A stretch of 63,118 nucleotides of DNA, the filler included, from Octopus bimaculoides (lineage: Eukaryota), in NCBI RefSeq assembly GCF_001194135.2. It is 4 parts of 3 records of this genome, joined end to end, with 100 filler letters (N's around TTAATTAATTAA, not from the genome) between each part and the next. Parts side by side here need not be neighbours in the genome. Positions count along the whole stretch, not along the records: positions 38,369 to 55,231 come from NC_068982.1; positions 55,332 to 63,118 come from NC_068982.1; 2 more parts are not named here. One strand, given 5' to 3'. Made by a program: the position numbers and the translations under genes. Below are positions 50,801 to 63,118 of this stretch, piece by piece; the first letter of the stretch is position 1, and the number at the start of each line of letters is the position of its first letter. The notes beneath the pieces were generated by a model, which saw only the letters and a list, made by a program, of their open reading frames with translations, was not told the DNA's origin and made no database searches.

Positions 50801-52188
50801 TATATATATATTCTTTTAATTCTTTTATTTGTTTCATTCAATTGACTNNNNNNNNNNNNNNNNNNNNNNNNNNNNNNNNNNNNNNNNNNNNNNNNNNNNN
50901 NNNNNNNNNNNNNNNNNNNNNNNNNNNNNNNNNNNNNNNNNNNNNNNNNNNNNNNNNNNNNNNNNNNNNNNNNNNNNNNNNNNNNNNNNNNNNNNNNNNT
51001 ATATATATATATATATATATATCTTTCCTTTCCTGAGCGTCCAATAATACTATCCATATCACGTCCTCACTTTGTTGTTTTTTTGTTTTTTTGTTATTGT
51101 GTTTTTGAACTATATATATATATATGTATGTATGTGTGTGTTTTAATGATCTTAAGGCGTTACAAAGAAACAAATCACGCACTAAAAACGCAAGTCGTTA
51201 AATGATGGCGATGATGATTGGTAGCGGAGACGCCAATAAATACATACCATGTATATATATATATATATCATGTACATATATGTGTGCGTTTGGTTCTGGA
51301 TGTGTCTGTGTATGTGTTTGCGTGCTGCCTAAGATCGCCTCAGAGCTACGACGCACTCTTTTCACAGGAAGAAAAAATAAACAAATACGTTAAAAAACAC
51401 AAATATGAAATAAAAAAAGAGAGAGTAGAGAGCGTAAGAGATATTTAGAGAGGAGGGAGATATAAGATAAAGAGATGAAAAGATAGAGGAGAGGAGAGGG
51501 AGAGAAAGAGCCAAGCCCCGGCGCGTAATGAATGAGACGAACGAAGCCAAGTGGAAAAACCCGATCTTGTGAAGGAGAGAGAGAAACAGCAGTAAGTAGC
51601 GAGGGAGTGGGAGCTGGCGAGGAGAGGGTATAAGAGACAGAGACAGAGAGAGAGCGAAACGGGATGCGTACGTGTGTATTCGTAGTTTTTTGTATATCTC
51701 AATGTGTGTGTGGTAAAGCGGTTGTAACGAGGTGAGTGGAAGGGGGAGTGAGAGCGAAAGATTACACAGTGAAAGAAGGAGGAGGTGTTTGTAGTGTATA
51801 TGCGGAGGGAAGAGGAGAGCGGGGGAAGCCTGCAACAGCCTCAAACAGCCTCGCCGGCGACATACAGACACACACACACACACGTCATATAATGTGGCTG
51901 TGTATATTCAACTCAATGTCAATTGTAAAATTTCTCTGTATGATCATATATATATATATATATATATATGATCATACAGAAAAATTTTACATACGTATAT
52001 ATCTGTATATATTATGCATTGGGCTTGGTGGAATAAAAAGAAAAGAACTCAATACAAGCTAAGAGTATATACATTATTCGGCAGTAAAGTTACATAAGTA
52101 ACTCAACAGCCCAGAGTTTCGTACATCACATGCATACTGATGTGTGTGAGTGAATTTACCACACATATATATAAGAAGCAGATTGTTT

Positions 52189-52230
<42 letters not shown>

Positions 52231-52240
52231 NNNNNNNNNN

Positions 52241-52284
<44 letters not shown>

Positions 52285-52405
52285 CAATATATACATATAT
52301 TATGAGTATATACAATATGTGTGTGAGTGTATGTATATACATATAAATAAATACATATTACAGATATACATACAATATACATGACGTCCGGTACCATACA
52401 CATTC

Positions 52406-52436
<31 letters not shown>

Positions 52437-53384
52437 TGTGTATGAATGCGTGTGTGTGTGTATATATACGCCATAAAAGAAACTCACAAAGTACAAAGTA
52501 ATAAATAAAAAGAAATAGAAAAAATCCGGGAAAAAGAGAAATAAAAAAACACCAAAAGAGCAAAAGTAAATAAAAAATACGAAATAAAAAAATATCTGAA
52601 AAAATTGGAAAAAGCATAAAACAAAAATTGTTACAAAAAGCATAAAAGAGAACAAAACAAAATAGAGAAAAAGCAGCGGCTGTTGGAGTGGTGGTAGTGG
52701 ATGTGGGATATAAAGATGAAAGAGAGAGAGGTGGTGGGAGGAGATAATCTATGAGAGAACTAGGTGGTGGTTGTTGATGGTGGTGGCGGCGTATCAGTGT
52801 AGACGTGATGGTGAGAGGATAGTAGGGTGTGTGGCGAGACAGCGGCCGCTATTATTCTTAATGCGGTGGTGGTGGTGGAGGAGGTGACGGACGCCGTGCT
52901 GCCGCTGCTGCTGCTGCTGTTAGTGGTGACGTCGGCGGATAAACCGAAAGCGGCGGTGAGAGAGAAACACGGAAGGTAGGGGGGAGTGAGACAGAGATCT
53001 GAAGGTGGTAGGAGGCGAGGTGAGAGGTGAGAGAACTCGGCGGCAGTTGAGAGACGGAGACGGGGTGTTTTTGTAAAGAGTGAGGGAGGATAGAGGGGAA
53101 GAGAATTTATTGACGACGATAAAAGAGACGATAATAGGGCGACGGTGGCGGGACAAGAAGGAGGAGGAGGGCAGACTACGACGAAGGTGTTGTTTGCGCT
53201 TCAGTGACTCCTGTTCCAGTCAGTGCGCGCGTGAATGCGAGTATGGTTGTAGTGTATCTGTATGTGGACGAACAGAATAGATATGTAAATGTGTGTATAT
53301 AAGTGTATATATGTGTGTTCCCTAGTTTTTAATAGGTTTATTGTATCTAGCAGTTGTATACTCTATATACGTATATGTATATCT

Positions 53385-53774
53385 GTGTATATATACATAT
53401 ATGTATATATGAGGTAGATGGATACACACACACATATTTATATATATACATATGTATACATATGTATATATGAGGTAGATGGATACACACATATTTATAT
53501 ATATATATATTTATNNNNNNNNNNGTATATATGAGGTAGATGGATACACACATATTTATATATATATATATTTATACATATGTATATATGAGGTAGATGG
53601 ATACACACACATATTTACATATATACATATGTATACATATGTATATATATGTATATATGAGGTAGATGGATACACACACATATTTATATATATACATATG
53701 TATACATATGTATTTATATGTTTATATGAGGTAGATGGATACACACACATATTTATATATCTATATATATATAT
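53385..53774. repeat. Minisatellite, six copies of GAGGTAGATGGATACACAC at about 60-70 bp spacing, running into a gap
   Basis: Copies at 53411, 53472, 53533, 53590, 53659 and 53728. Confidence 0.9.
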
Positions 53775-55185
53775 NNNNNNNNNNNNNNNNNNNNNNNNNN
53801 NNNNNNNNNNNNNNNNNNNNNNNNNNNNNNNNNNNNNNNNNNNNNNNNNNNNNNNNNNNNNNNNNNNNNNNNNNNNNNNNNNNNNNNNNNNNNNNNNNNN
53901 NNNNNNNNNNNNNNNNNNNNNNNNNNNNNNNNNNNNNNNNNNNNNNNNNNNNNNNNNNNNNNNNNNNNNNNNNNNNNNNNNNNNNNNNNNNNNNNNNNNN
54001 NNNNNNNNNNNNNNNNNNNNNNNNNNNNNNNNNNNNNNNNNNNNNNNNNNNNNNNNNNNNNNNNNNNNNNNNNNNNNNNNNNNNNNNNNNNNNNNNNNNN
54101 NNNNNNNNNNNNNNNNNNNNNNNNNNNNNNNNNNNNNNNNNNNNNNNNNNNNNNNNNNNNNNNNNNNNNNNNNNNNNNNNNNNNNNNNNNNNNNNNNNNN
54201 NNNNNNNNNNNNNNNNNNNNNNNNNNNNNNNNNNNNNNNNNNNNNNNNNNNNNNNNNNNNNNNNNNNNNNNNNNNNNNNNNNNNNNNNNNNNNNNNNNNN
54301 NNNNNNNNNNNNNNNNNNNNNNNNNNNNNNNNNNNNNNNNNNNNNNNNNNNNNNNNNNNNNNNNNNNNNNNNNNNNNNNNNNNNNNNNNNNNNNNNNNNN
54401 NNNNNNNNNNNNNNNNNNNNNNNNNNNNNNNNNNNNNNNNNNNNNNNNNNNNNNNNNNNNNNNNNNNNNNNNNNNNNNNNNNNNNNNNNNNNNNNNNNNN
54501 NNNNNNNNNNNNNNNNNNNNNNNNNNNNNNNNNNNNNNNNNNNNNNNNNNNNNNNNNNNNNNNNNNNNNNNNNNNNNNNNNNNNNNNNNNNNNNNNNNNN
54601 NNNNNNNNNNNNNNNNNNNNNNNNNNNNNNNNNNNNNNNNNNNNNNNNNNNNNNNNNNNNNNNNNNNNNNNNNNNNNNNNNNNNNNNNNNNNNNNNNNNN
54701 NNNNNTATATATACTTATACATACACACATAGACATACATATTAATAAACACAGACACATACTCTCACAGAACAGTGGAGACGAACAAATAAATCGATCA
54801 CATATATATACGTATATATCTATATATGTGAAGGATGGTAACGGTGGAGGTAGGGGCTTAAGTAATTTATAGGTAAGAATATGCCAGCTGTTTATCGAAC
54901 TGTATGCGTTTGTGTGTGTGTGTGTATATATATATATGAACACATAATAATATATACATACACGCACGCACACACACACAAGAATAAACACATCATGTGC
55001 CTGTATATATGTGTTGTATATTGATAAGTGTAAATGTGAAACGGCAGAAAACCATTCCATTATCGGTGAGCCTTAAGCACAGCGATCGGCGCCTCTCTTA
55101 TCAAACCTAATCGATTTTTATTGTTTGGCGCCAATCAATAAATGTACATCACACACACAGTTGTCTGTACTAATGTCTGTATACA

Positions 55186-55231
<46 letters not shown>

Positions 55232-55331
55232 NNNNNNNNNNNNNNNNNNNNNNNNNNNNNNNNNNNNNNNNNNNNTTAATTAATTAANNNNNNNNNNNNN
55301 NNNNNNNNNNNNNNNNNNNNNNNNNNNNNNN
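55232..55331. other. Assembly linker N44-TTAATTAATTAA-N44
   Basis: Identical to the linker at 16725-16824. Confidence 0.9.
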
Positions 55332-55362
55332 ATATATATATATATATATATATATATATAGC

Positions 55363-56185
55363 TGCTCGGCTAGAGATGGTGACACTAGATTCTTGTTTGA
55401 AATATATACTTTTCAAAGTGACACACAGCCACTGATCTCATAAATAGAAAGATTATTAATTCTAAATCTCTGAACGAGAAACATTCAGTAACAGTACTCT
55501 AGCGTAAATACTATTTGCCAACATAATGTGGCAGTCCTGGATAGGGTGAATGTTGCAGTGTTTTAGCTCCAGGAAATATCGTCTCCAGCTGGATGGTGAC
55601 ACTAAACTCTTGTTCGAAATATACACTTTTCAAAATGACACACAGTCACTGATCTCATAAATATAAAAATTATTAGAGCTGAGTGGGGACACTAGACTCC
55701 CTTGTCCGAAAATATAAGGACGCAGATAGTACGTCGCTAGCCAGCTGGAGTCGATGTTTCCTGGAGCTAAATAACAGTGACATTCGTTCTGACCCGGACT
55801 ACCACATTATGTTGGCAAATAATCTTTACTTTAGAGTACTGTTACTGAATGTTTCTCGTTCAGAGATTTAGAAATGATAATTTTTCTATTTATGAGATCA
55901 GTGACAGTGTGTCACTTTGAAAAGTATGTATTTTGAACAAGAATCTAGTGTCGCCATCTCTAGCCGAGCAATCTGTGCTGGTGAAGAGAAATAACCCATT
56001 AGTACCATTAGTACACAGATGTTGCTTTAGAGCTGAGTGGAGACACTAAATTCCCTTGTTCGAAAATATAAGGACGAAGATAGCGCGTCGCTAGCCAGCT
56101 GGAGACGATGTTTCTTGGGACTAAATAGCAGTAACATTCGTCCTAACCAGGACTACAACATTATGTTGGCAAATAATCTTTACTC
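55363..56185. repeat. Foldback structure: about 230-bp diverged inverted repeat plus partial direct repeats
   Basis: 55363-55592 is inverted at 55741-55970. 55593-55675 repeats the arm start; 56028-56185 repeats 55675-55830. Confidence 0.85.
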
Positions 56186-56242
56186 CCCACCTCTCTCTCT
56201 CTCAATATATATATATATATANNNNNNNNNNGTGTGTGTGTG

Positions 56243-56280
<38 letters not shown>

Positions 56281-56401
56281 AACACATATATGTATACATA
56301 TATGTATTCATATATATATCATCATTATTATTATTATATATCATATTATATTGTTATATTATATTATATCATGCACACACAAACACACACATATATATAT
56401 A

Positions 56402-56462
<61 letters not shown>

Positions 56463-56948
56463 AACAGCATAAACTACGAGGCGAAATTCTTTGCCACACA
56501 GTTAAATGCAAAAAAAAAGTACAAAACGCCTTAGTCCACCGTAACCGTATTTAACATTAAAGGACAATAAGGATAACTTTGCAGGGAAAAGTAAATGTAA
56601 ACTCGCCAGTTCAATGAAAAGCCAACTGGATATAGTTTGCAAAACATATTAGATTTCGCAAATAATATTAGACTAGCAACTTATTTAACACAGTGTAATT
56701 GTAATTGTTACACTATAAAGTGTTTTAATTTGTTCATTTTGGTATCGTAGAATATTACCCAACTTTTTGCAGTAATCTCTTAGGAAAACTATACACTACA
56801 AAACCGATGCTGATATTAATTATGAATGTAAGGAAGTCATTATTATTTCAATTTAATTTTGTCTGGGTCAAGAAACACGGTAATGTACTTTATGATCTAT
56901 TTATGGATTGCTACGATGGAGTGGAAGTATCAAATCTCGTTGCCTCAT

Positions 56949-57018
<70 letters not shown>

Positions 57019-57049
57019 TCATAGTGACTGTTCCATCATTACAGGTGAT

Positions 57050-57420
57050 AGCCGTCTCCGTGAGCTTTGTCGTCAATAACATTTCTGGCTTTCTGTCTAT
57101 GACTCCTTAGATGACTATTCAGTCCTGCTGCAGATCTGCATGATTTTAAGCATAGATGAGAGACTTCCATCCAGTTAGGCCTGAACATGCCACCACCCTT
57201 CCAATGTCATAGAACTTTCAGTAAATGGAATGAGGTCACCATAAAGAGACATCTGTACGTCATTGGATTATAGTGATAAACGCTTGTATAACACGAGTAC
57301 CGTTCTGAGACTCCGCGATTAGTAGTAATAGGCCGATGCCAGATAACCTGTAATCACGTGAAACCGCAGGTTTTACGCATCAGAATGCCCTTCTTGTAGA
57401 AGGATGTTGTGAAAACAACC
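57050..57420 (-). mobile_element. Degenerate RTE-like LINE 3' end
   Basis: CRSAAGLNSHLRSH C2H2-type motif on the minus strand near 57100-57140. Confidence 0.55.
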
Positions 57421-57684
57421 AGGAGTTTCTCACACTCAGTGGTTTTACTAAGCACACTGACACCAAACAAGGGTATTTCTGCGTCCCCGCGCTCAGATGG
57501 ATTTTCGTCAAATATGCTAGTTGACCCTTAGGTTAGACCCTCACAGATGCTTCAACTCTGGGTCAGAGTAGACCTGAGAACAATAGCGGCTAAGAGATGG
57601 TTCCACACCCCTCAAACCCTGGAACTCCTAAACCAAGGCCCCAATACCGGATGCAGTTTAAAGTCATACTGAGGAAAAATGCTT

Positions 57685-57825
57685 ACAAACAGACGTGGTT
57701 GTGTGGTAAAAAGCTTGCTTACCAACCACATGGTTCTGGGATCTTAGGCAAGTGTCTTCGGGCCGACCAAAGCCTTGTGAGTGGTTTTAGTTGACGCGAA
57801 CTGAAAGAAGCCCGTCGTATATATA

Positions 57826-57861
<36 letters not shown>

Positions 57862-58075
57862 TGTGTGTATCTGTGTGTCTGTGTTTGTCCCCCCAGAATC
57901 GCTTGACAACTGATGTTGGTGTGTTTACGTCCCCGTAAATTAGCGGTTCGATAAAAGTGACCGATAAAATAAGTACTAAGCTTACAAAGAATAAGTCATG
58001 CGGTCAATTTGTTCGACTAAAGGCGGTGTTCCAGCATGGCCGCAGTCAAATGACTGAATCAAATAAAAGAATACA
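57685..58075 (+). mobile_element. SINE family A
   Basis: Colinear with 1305-1711 with a small internal deletion. Confidence 0.8.
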
Positions 58076-59609
58076 TGCATGCATACACACATATGTCATA
58101 CATAGAGAAATAAAAAAAGAATTGGCCAATATAAGATTATACAGAGGCAGCAGAGTTGTTGTATTCTGTAATATGAATAAACATGATATGCAGTGATTTA
58201 ATAAACATTATTTAGTATGTTTAAGTAACTGGATATAAAAATTACAAACAACTCTAAATTGAAAATAGTAAATTCCTAGAATTTAATCTGAACACACGTA
58301 AAAACCACCCGCATCATAAGCTGATCATTGAAAGAATGAAATTTAATAAAAATTTCTAATCATCCATCTACAATTATTAAGTACATTGTAGACAATATTA
58401 GTATAGTAACTTCCAATTTATCATGAGATAGTGCAATATCAAATAAAGCTTGTCCATTCTACAACAGAGCACTAACACGAAATGTTTTGAATGGTAAACT
58501 AAATTATACCGAACAATTCCCTCCAAGAACTACTAAACATAAAATAAGAAAATGAGATGAGTGTACAAATATCCAAAAATAGAGCAAAGAAATACGTTTA
58601 TATATTTTCTCTTCTCAAGTCATACTAATATCATAATATTTTAGTATGGATTATTTTAAGGTTGTCTATAGTTTATTTTTATTCTTTTCAGATATCTCAA
58701 ATCACAACAATGTAAAAGCAACTGTTGAAATCATTCACTCAACAGTAAATGTTTGTTGAAGGTTCGGGAATATAGAGATGATCCAGACGTAATCGATTAA
58801 AAAACATATCAGGCTCATAGGAAACTCATTTAAACTCGATACTTACGACACACGCAATCGTTCAGAAAGAGAATTCAATTTCATTGTAGAAATACATTTG
58901 CCATTTTAAGAACATAAGAAAGGATAACTCTGGGTTTAAATGGAGCAGAATTGCAAAGACGAAAGTATATCGTAGCCATGACATTACCTTCAACTTGTTT
59001 GCAACTAAGCTTAAGATAATGCACTGCCGTTCAGTATATTGAACAAGAAAAAAGAAACATTATCTTCAAGTCTACATACAAGAAAATTCAAATTACAATC
59101 ATTCAAATACATTTTTATTCTTGATACATTTCAATTACAAATAAGTGAAGCACAAACATCGCATCTAAGCTCAAAATCTGGAGTCGTGAAATTCATCAGC
59201 TTAAACATGCAACACAAGACTTTGTAATGCAACCCGAAATAACTGAATGATTTCATTGCAGAACCCCAAACTGTGTTTTTTTAAATATATATATGAAGGA
59301 CCCACACAGAAAAGCTTTTACTGAGGAAATAAGTTACCTTCAAATATTAAAGAAAAGCACTATAATCAATGTAGAATTATTTCAGAATAACTAAATCGTC
59401 TTTTTAAGCGATTAAAACCGGTCGCAAATTTTAATAAAAATGTAAATACTTTTATCCATGATAAATTTCTCAAAGCAATTTCTTCTTTTTGCTTTAACGA
59501 TACAAATTTACTCGCGTGAAATCTCTTAACCTTTTCAATATGTTGCTGTTAAATCTTAATGTTTTTAACAAGAGCAAAAAATACAGGAACACACACATAC
59601 ACATTCCCG

Positions 59610-59647
<38 letters not shown>

Positions 59648-60597
59648 CACACACACGTACACAGGGGAAAAGGAAGAAAGAGATGGAAAGAGGCATGAAA
59701 TGTTTACAGCAGATATGATTGTTTACTTCAGTATTTAATAAAGTCACGTTGATATCAAAATGTTTTTATTCTCCAAAGATTTTCCATCTTTTTTCAAATA
59801 TGTTTTGCTTCTTTTGTCTCCGAAATGGAAATGTCCTCTTATACTGGTTTGTCCCCTCAAAACTAGTTCACAATACCCAAACACTAGCGATACCAAAAAC
59901 GGTTTTGCTTTCCTTTCGGTCGGTTATATAATCCAGTGCTTCGCTATATATTCAGTGCAATTTATTATACCAAGTGTGTCACCAGTATAAGAGTTCGATC
60001 TCAGAGATCTCGCGTATTAGCCATTGTCAATTGGCTTAAATTCCACTTCCAACCCCATCGATAAATATGAGAGGTCGATAGGTCAATGAACAGATTTCGT
60101 GGTATTATAACTAATGGGGTGTTGGGAGAAGAGGTTGGAGGAGAAGTGGGAAGAAAGATGGTAAGGAAGAAGAAGAATTTGGTGTTGAAGGGGAGGAAGA
60201 GAAAGAGGAAGAGAAGAAAGAAGAGGAGGTGAAGGATGCAATAATCAATTCAATCGCTAGTGCTCTGCCGTTTATCTACAACCAAGAAAAGAATTTCGTG
60301 GGTTTTTGGTGTTAATGATGATGATGATCATAACGACGATGACGACGACGATGATTTTGAAGATGGTGATGATGGTGATGACTTTTTAAACCGGTTTTTA
60401 TATGGTTCTATTAAATTAGCAGTATAAAAACGAACAACGCAAAAATAACAAGAAAAACGACAAATCCCGTTGAATCATTTGAATATTTAATTGATGTATG
60501 AAAAAGTAGCTGCGAGATAAACGAAACACTCGTGAATTAATTTATACGATGCTTCTACTTCTTACAGCAACGAACGAATATTACCTAAACACTTGCC

Positions 60598-60634
<37 letters not shown>

Positions 60635-62729
60635 ATGCGTGCGCGCGCGCGTGAATACGTGAATGTCTAAACTGTTATTTGCACATATCTACCTACACTG
60701 ATATTCTCAAACATCTAAATCCACTGTTATTCTAACTATCTAACTATCAGGTCATCCCATAAGTTCTGTCCGATTTTACCTTTTCTAAAACTGAATGAAA
60801 TTTAATAGCATTTTAGAATGTCTAATGGAATTAAAAATTATTTTTATGCATTTGTGTCCATTTAAGCTAGTTTTATTCTTGAGCCGCCACGCTGCCATCA
60901 CGGAGGGTCAGTTTGTGAGTCAAATGTGTTGTAGCTTCAAGATCAAAGACATTCCAACCGTGACCGACCAATCTTTATTTCAAGCTACGTTACGCAGCAT
61001 GGCTTGTTTTAACGGACGACATATTTTATTTTATATATTTTTATCACATTTATTCGTTATAAGTTATAAGTTTCCAACTGAGCTTATTATGGATTCTTTG
61101 CATTTTTGGTAGCAAGAAGAACAAGGGGACGCCAGGGACAACTTTGGGGAAATACCACAAGGTATCAGTTCATCGGCCTCCAATAACACTCAGAAGATTG
61201 CGGGCTCGTAATTTTGTGTGTGTATATTTGTATGTATGTACACACATATATGCTTATATGACGGGATCCTTTACAGTTCCCATATTCGCAATCTCCCTCA
61301 TTTGGTGAGCGCTCAATCCAAAATCACTATATAAAAAAAGTAGAAAAAAAAGCATTTGTTCAAAGTGGTGCATAGTAAGATCGAACCCAGAACCAAGTAG
61401 TTTTAAATCGAACTTCTTGCTGTTATTGCTGACATGATTTCTTACCCCATAGGTGTTCACTGTTTGGCTCGTTAGTCCATTGCGAGTTACCGAGGGTAAA
61501 TACTTTCGTCTTGTTTTGTTGCTTCTTGTATTTATATCTTTTTCACTATTTGGCCATTTCTGACTTGGTTGGTTCTGCCAGATAAGAAATCTCTTGCTGG
61601 TGGTTTTTCAGGCGAAAATCTTGAAAAAGATAAAATAAAAACATCATTCTGCCATCATGAAATGGCGGGAAAATGGGAAACACACACACAAACATATGCA
61701 CTGAGGGTGAGAAAGAGGGAAAGAGAGGGAGCTTTAGACATCACTGTTGTTATTCCATTTTTTTATACCTTACCACAACACCCCTCCCCCACCGTCAACA
61801 CCGACTGCAAAGCTGGCTCCAGCTCACTCCACTTCCACTAACACAACCTAAGCAACGACAACAACAACATCAATAACAACGACAACATAAAAAAACTCTA
61901 CTACGGCGGCGCTATCATCGCCTACATCTCTATAGTATCTCGGAAGTACAACGCACACAAGCAAAACAAAAAATTTCTACAGCACAACCACCACAACCAA
62001 ATACCATCCTAGAATCAACACTGTACCATTATCGCCACCATAAACAACAGCAACAATAAAAATTACTACTACTACTACTGTAAAACCGCCAAGCCTTTCT
62101 TGGCAGTAATATTGCATATGATCGACTCCGCCATCAACATGATTACTATCACCACTATGACTACGACTCCTGCTCCTGTTACTGCTGCTGTTGGTGCTGC
62201 TGCTTGTGTCACACCTTTCTTAGTATTACTATAAAACAACCCCACCACAACTATTCCCTCTTACTACCATCATTGTCACTACTATCACTACTACCACCTC
62301 CATAGCCACCACCTGCAGGTGCAACAAAAGCCTTTAACTGCTGCTACTGCTGTTATCTGCAGCTACCATACGGATTTCCGTTGGTTTTGTTCTTCGTTAC
62401 GTTTCCGGTTACTTTATATTTTTTTGATTTGTTGTCATCGTCGTCGTCAACATTGTTTTGTCTCATATTCCCAAATCACACATGCACACACTAAATCACA
62501 GACACACATTCACACAAGTATACACACAAATATGCACACAAATGCACACACAAACATTCACCGACACACAGATCTACACCACAATCTCAAAGTGGCACAA
62601 CAAAAGGCAAAGACTTGCGCATGCTCGGCAGTACTCACAGATACATACATATAATTATACAAACATATAGACACTTCTACACTCATATGCAATAAAAAAG
62701 ACACGCATAGAAATACAACTTTCTTCTCA

Positions 62730-63118
62730 CTTCACACACTGCTCTTATCACGTATCTAACTACACCTTTATTATCACATATCTAACTGCAATGCTATTCT
62801 CACATATCTAACTAAACTGTTATTATCACACATCTGACTATACTTTTATCCTCACACATCGAACTACACTGTTATGCTACACTGTCATTATCACACATAT
62901 AGATACACTTTTATTCTCACACAACTAACTACAGAGTTAAACTAATTACATTGTTATTCTCACATATATAACTACACTGTTCTTCTCACGCATTTAACTA
63001 CACTATTATTCACATATAACTGCACTGTTATTATCACATATCAAAGTACAGTGTTACTCTCACATATCTAACTACACTGTCATTATCACATATCTAACTA
63101 CATTGTCATTATCATACA
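62730..63118. repeat. About 30-bp minisatellite (TCACATATCTAACTACACTGTTATT-like)
   Basis: Tandem degenerate units run to the window end. Confidence 0.85.

Noticed and set aside
53385-53774. CRISPR-like repeat-spacer array
   Set aside because: The spacers are AT microsatellite variants of one another, the context is eukaryotic and there are no cas genes; it is a minisatellite.

Overview
This is repeat-rich, gapped animal genomic DNA. The SINE, LINE and microsatellite content suggests a coleoid cephalopod, probably Octopus (inferred by pattern recognition, not a database search). It is not prokaryotic and has no CRISPR array. Almost all ORFs in the supplied track are microsatellite or N-gap artefacts. 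Three identical N44-TTAATTAATTAA-N44 linkers split the window into four assembled blocks (1-16.7, 16.8-38.3, 38.4-55.2 and 55.3-63.1 kb). The main real signal is absent from the ORF track: five phase-compatible minus-strand exons (35258 down to 20798) splice into a 182-aa piece of a natriuretic-peptide-receptor / membrane guanylyl cyclase-type protein. That piece covers the end of the ANF-receptor ectodomain, the PPxDxPxCGFxGxxC motif, the TM helix and the juxtamembrane W-K-I motif. No kinase-homology or cyclase exon is visible downstream before the scaffold join. A plus-strand signal-peptide exon at 14254-14394 ends in CGYQ|GT, resembling the first coding exon of lysosomal alpha-mannosidases. 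The rest is TE debris: tRNA-derived SINE families, RTE/Rex3, R4/Dong and Penelope retroelements, a hAT transposase pseudogene and MITEs. There is also a 5S rRNA copy wedged between SINEs, several long inverted repeats and two degenerate hammerhead-like motifs.
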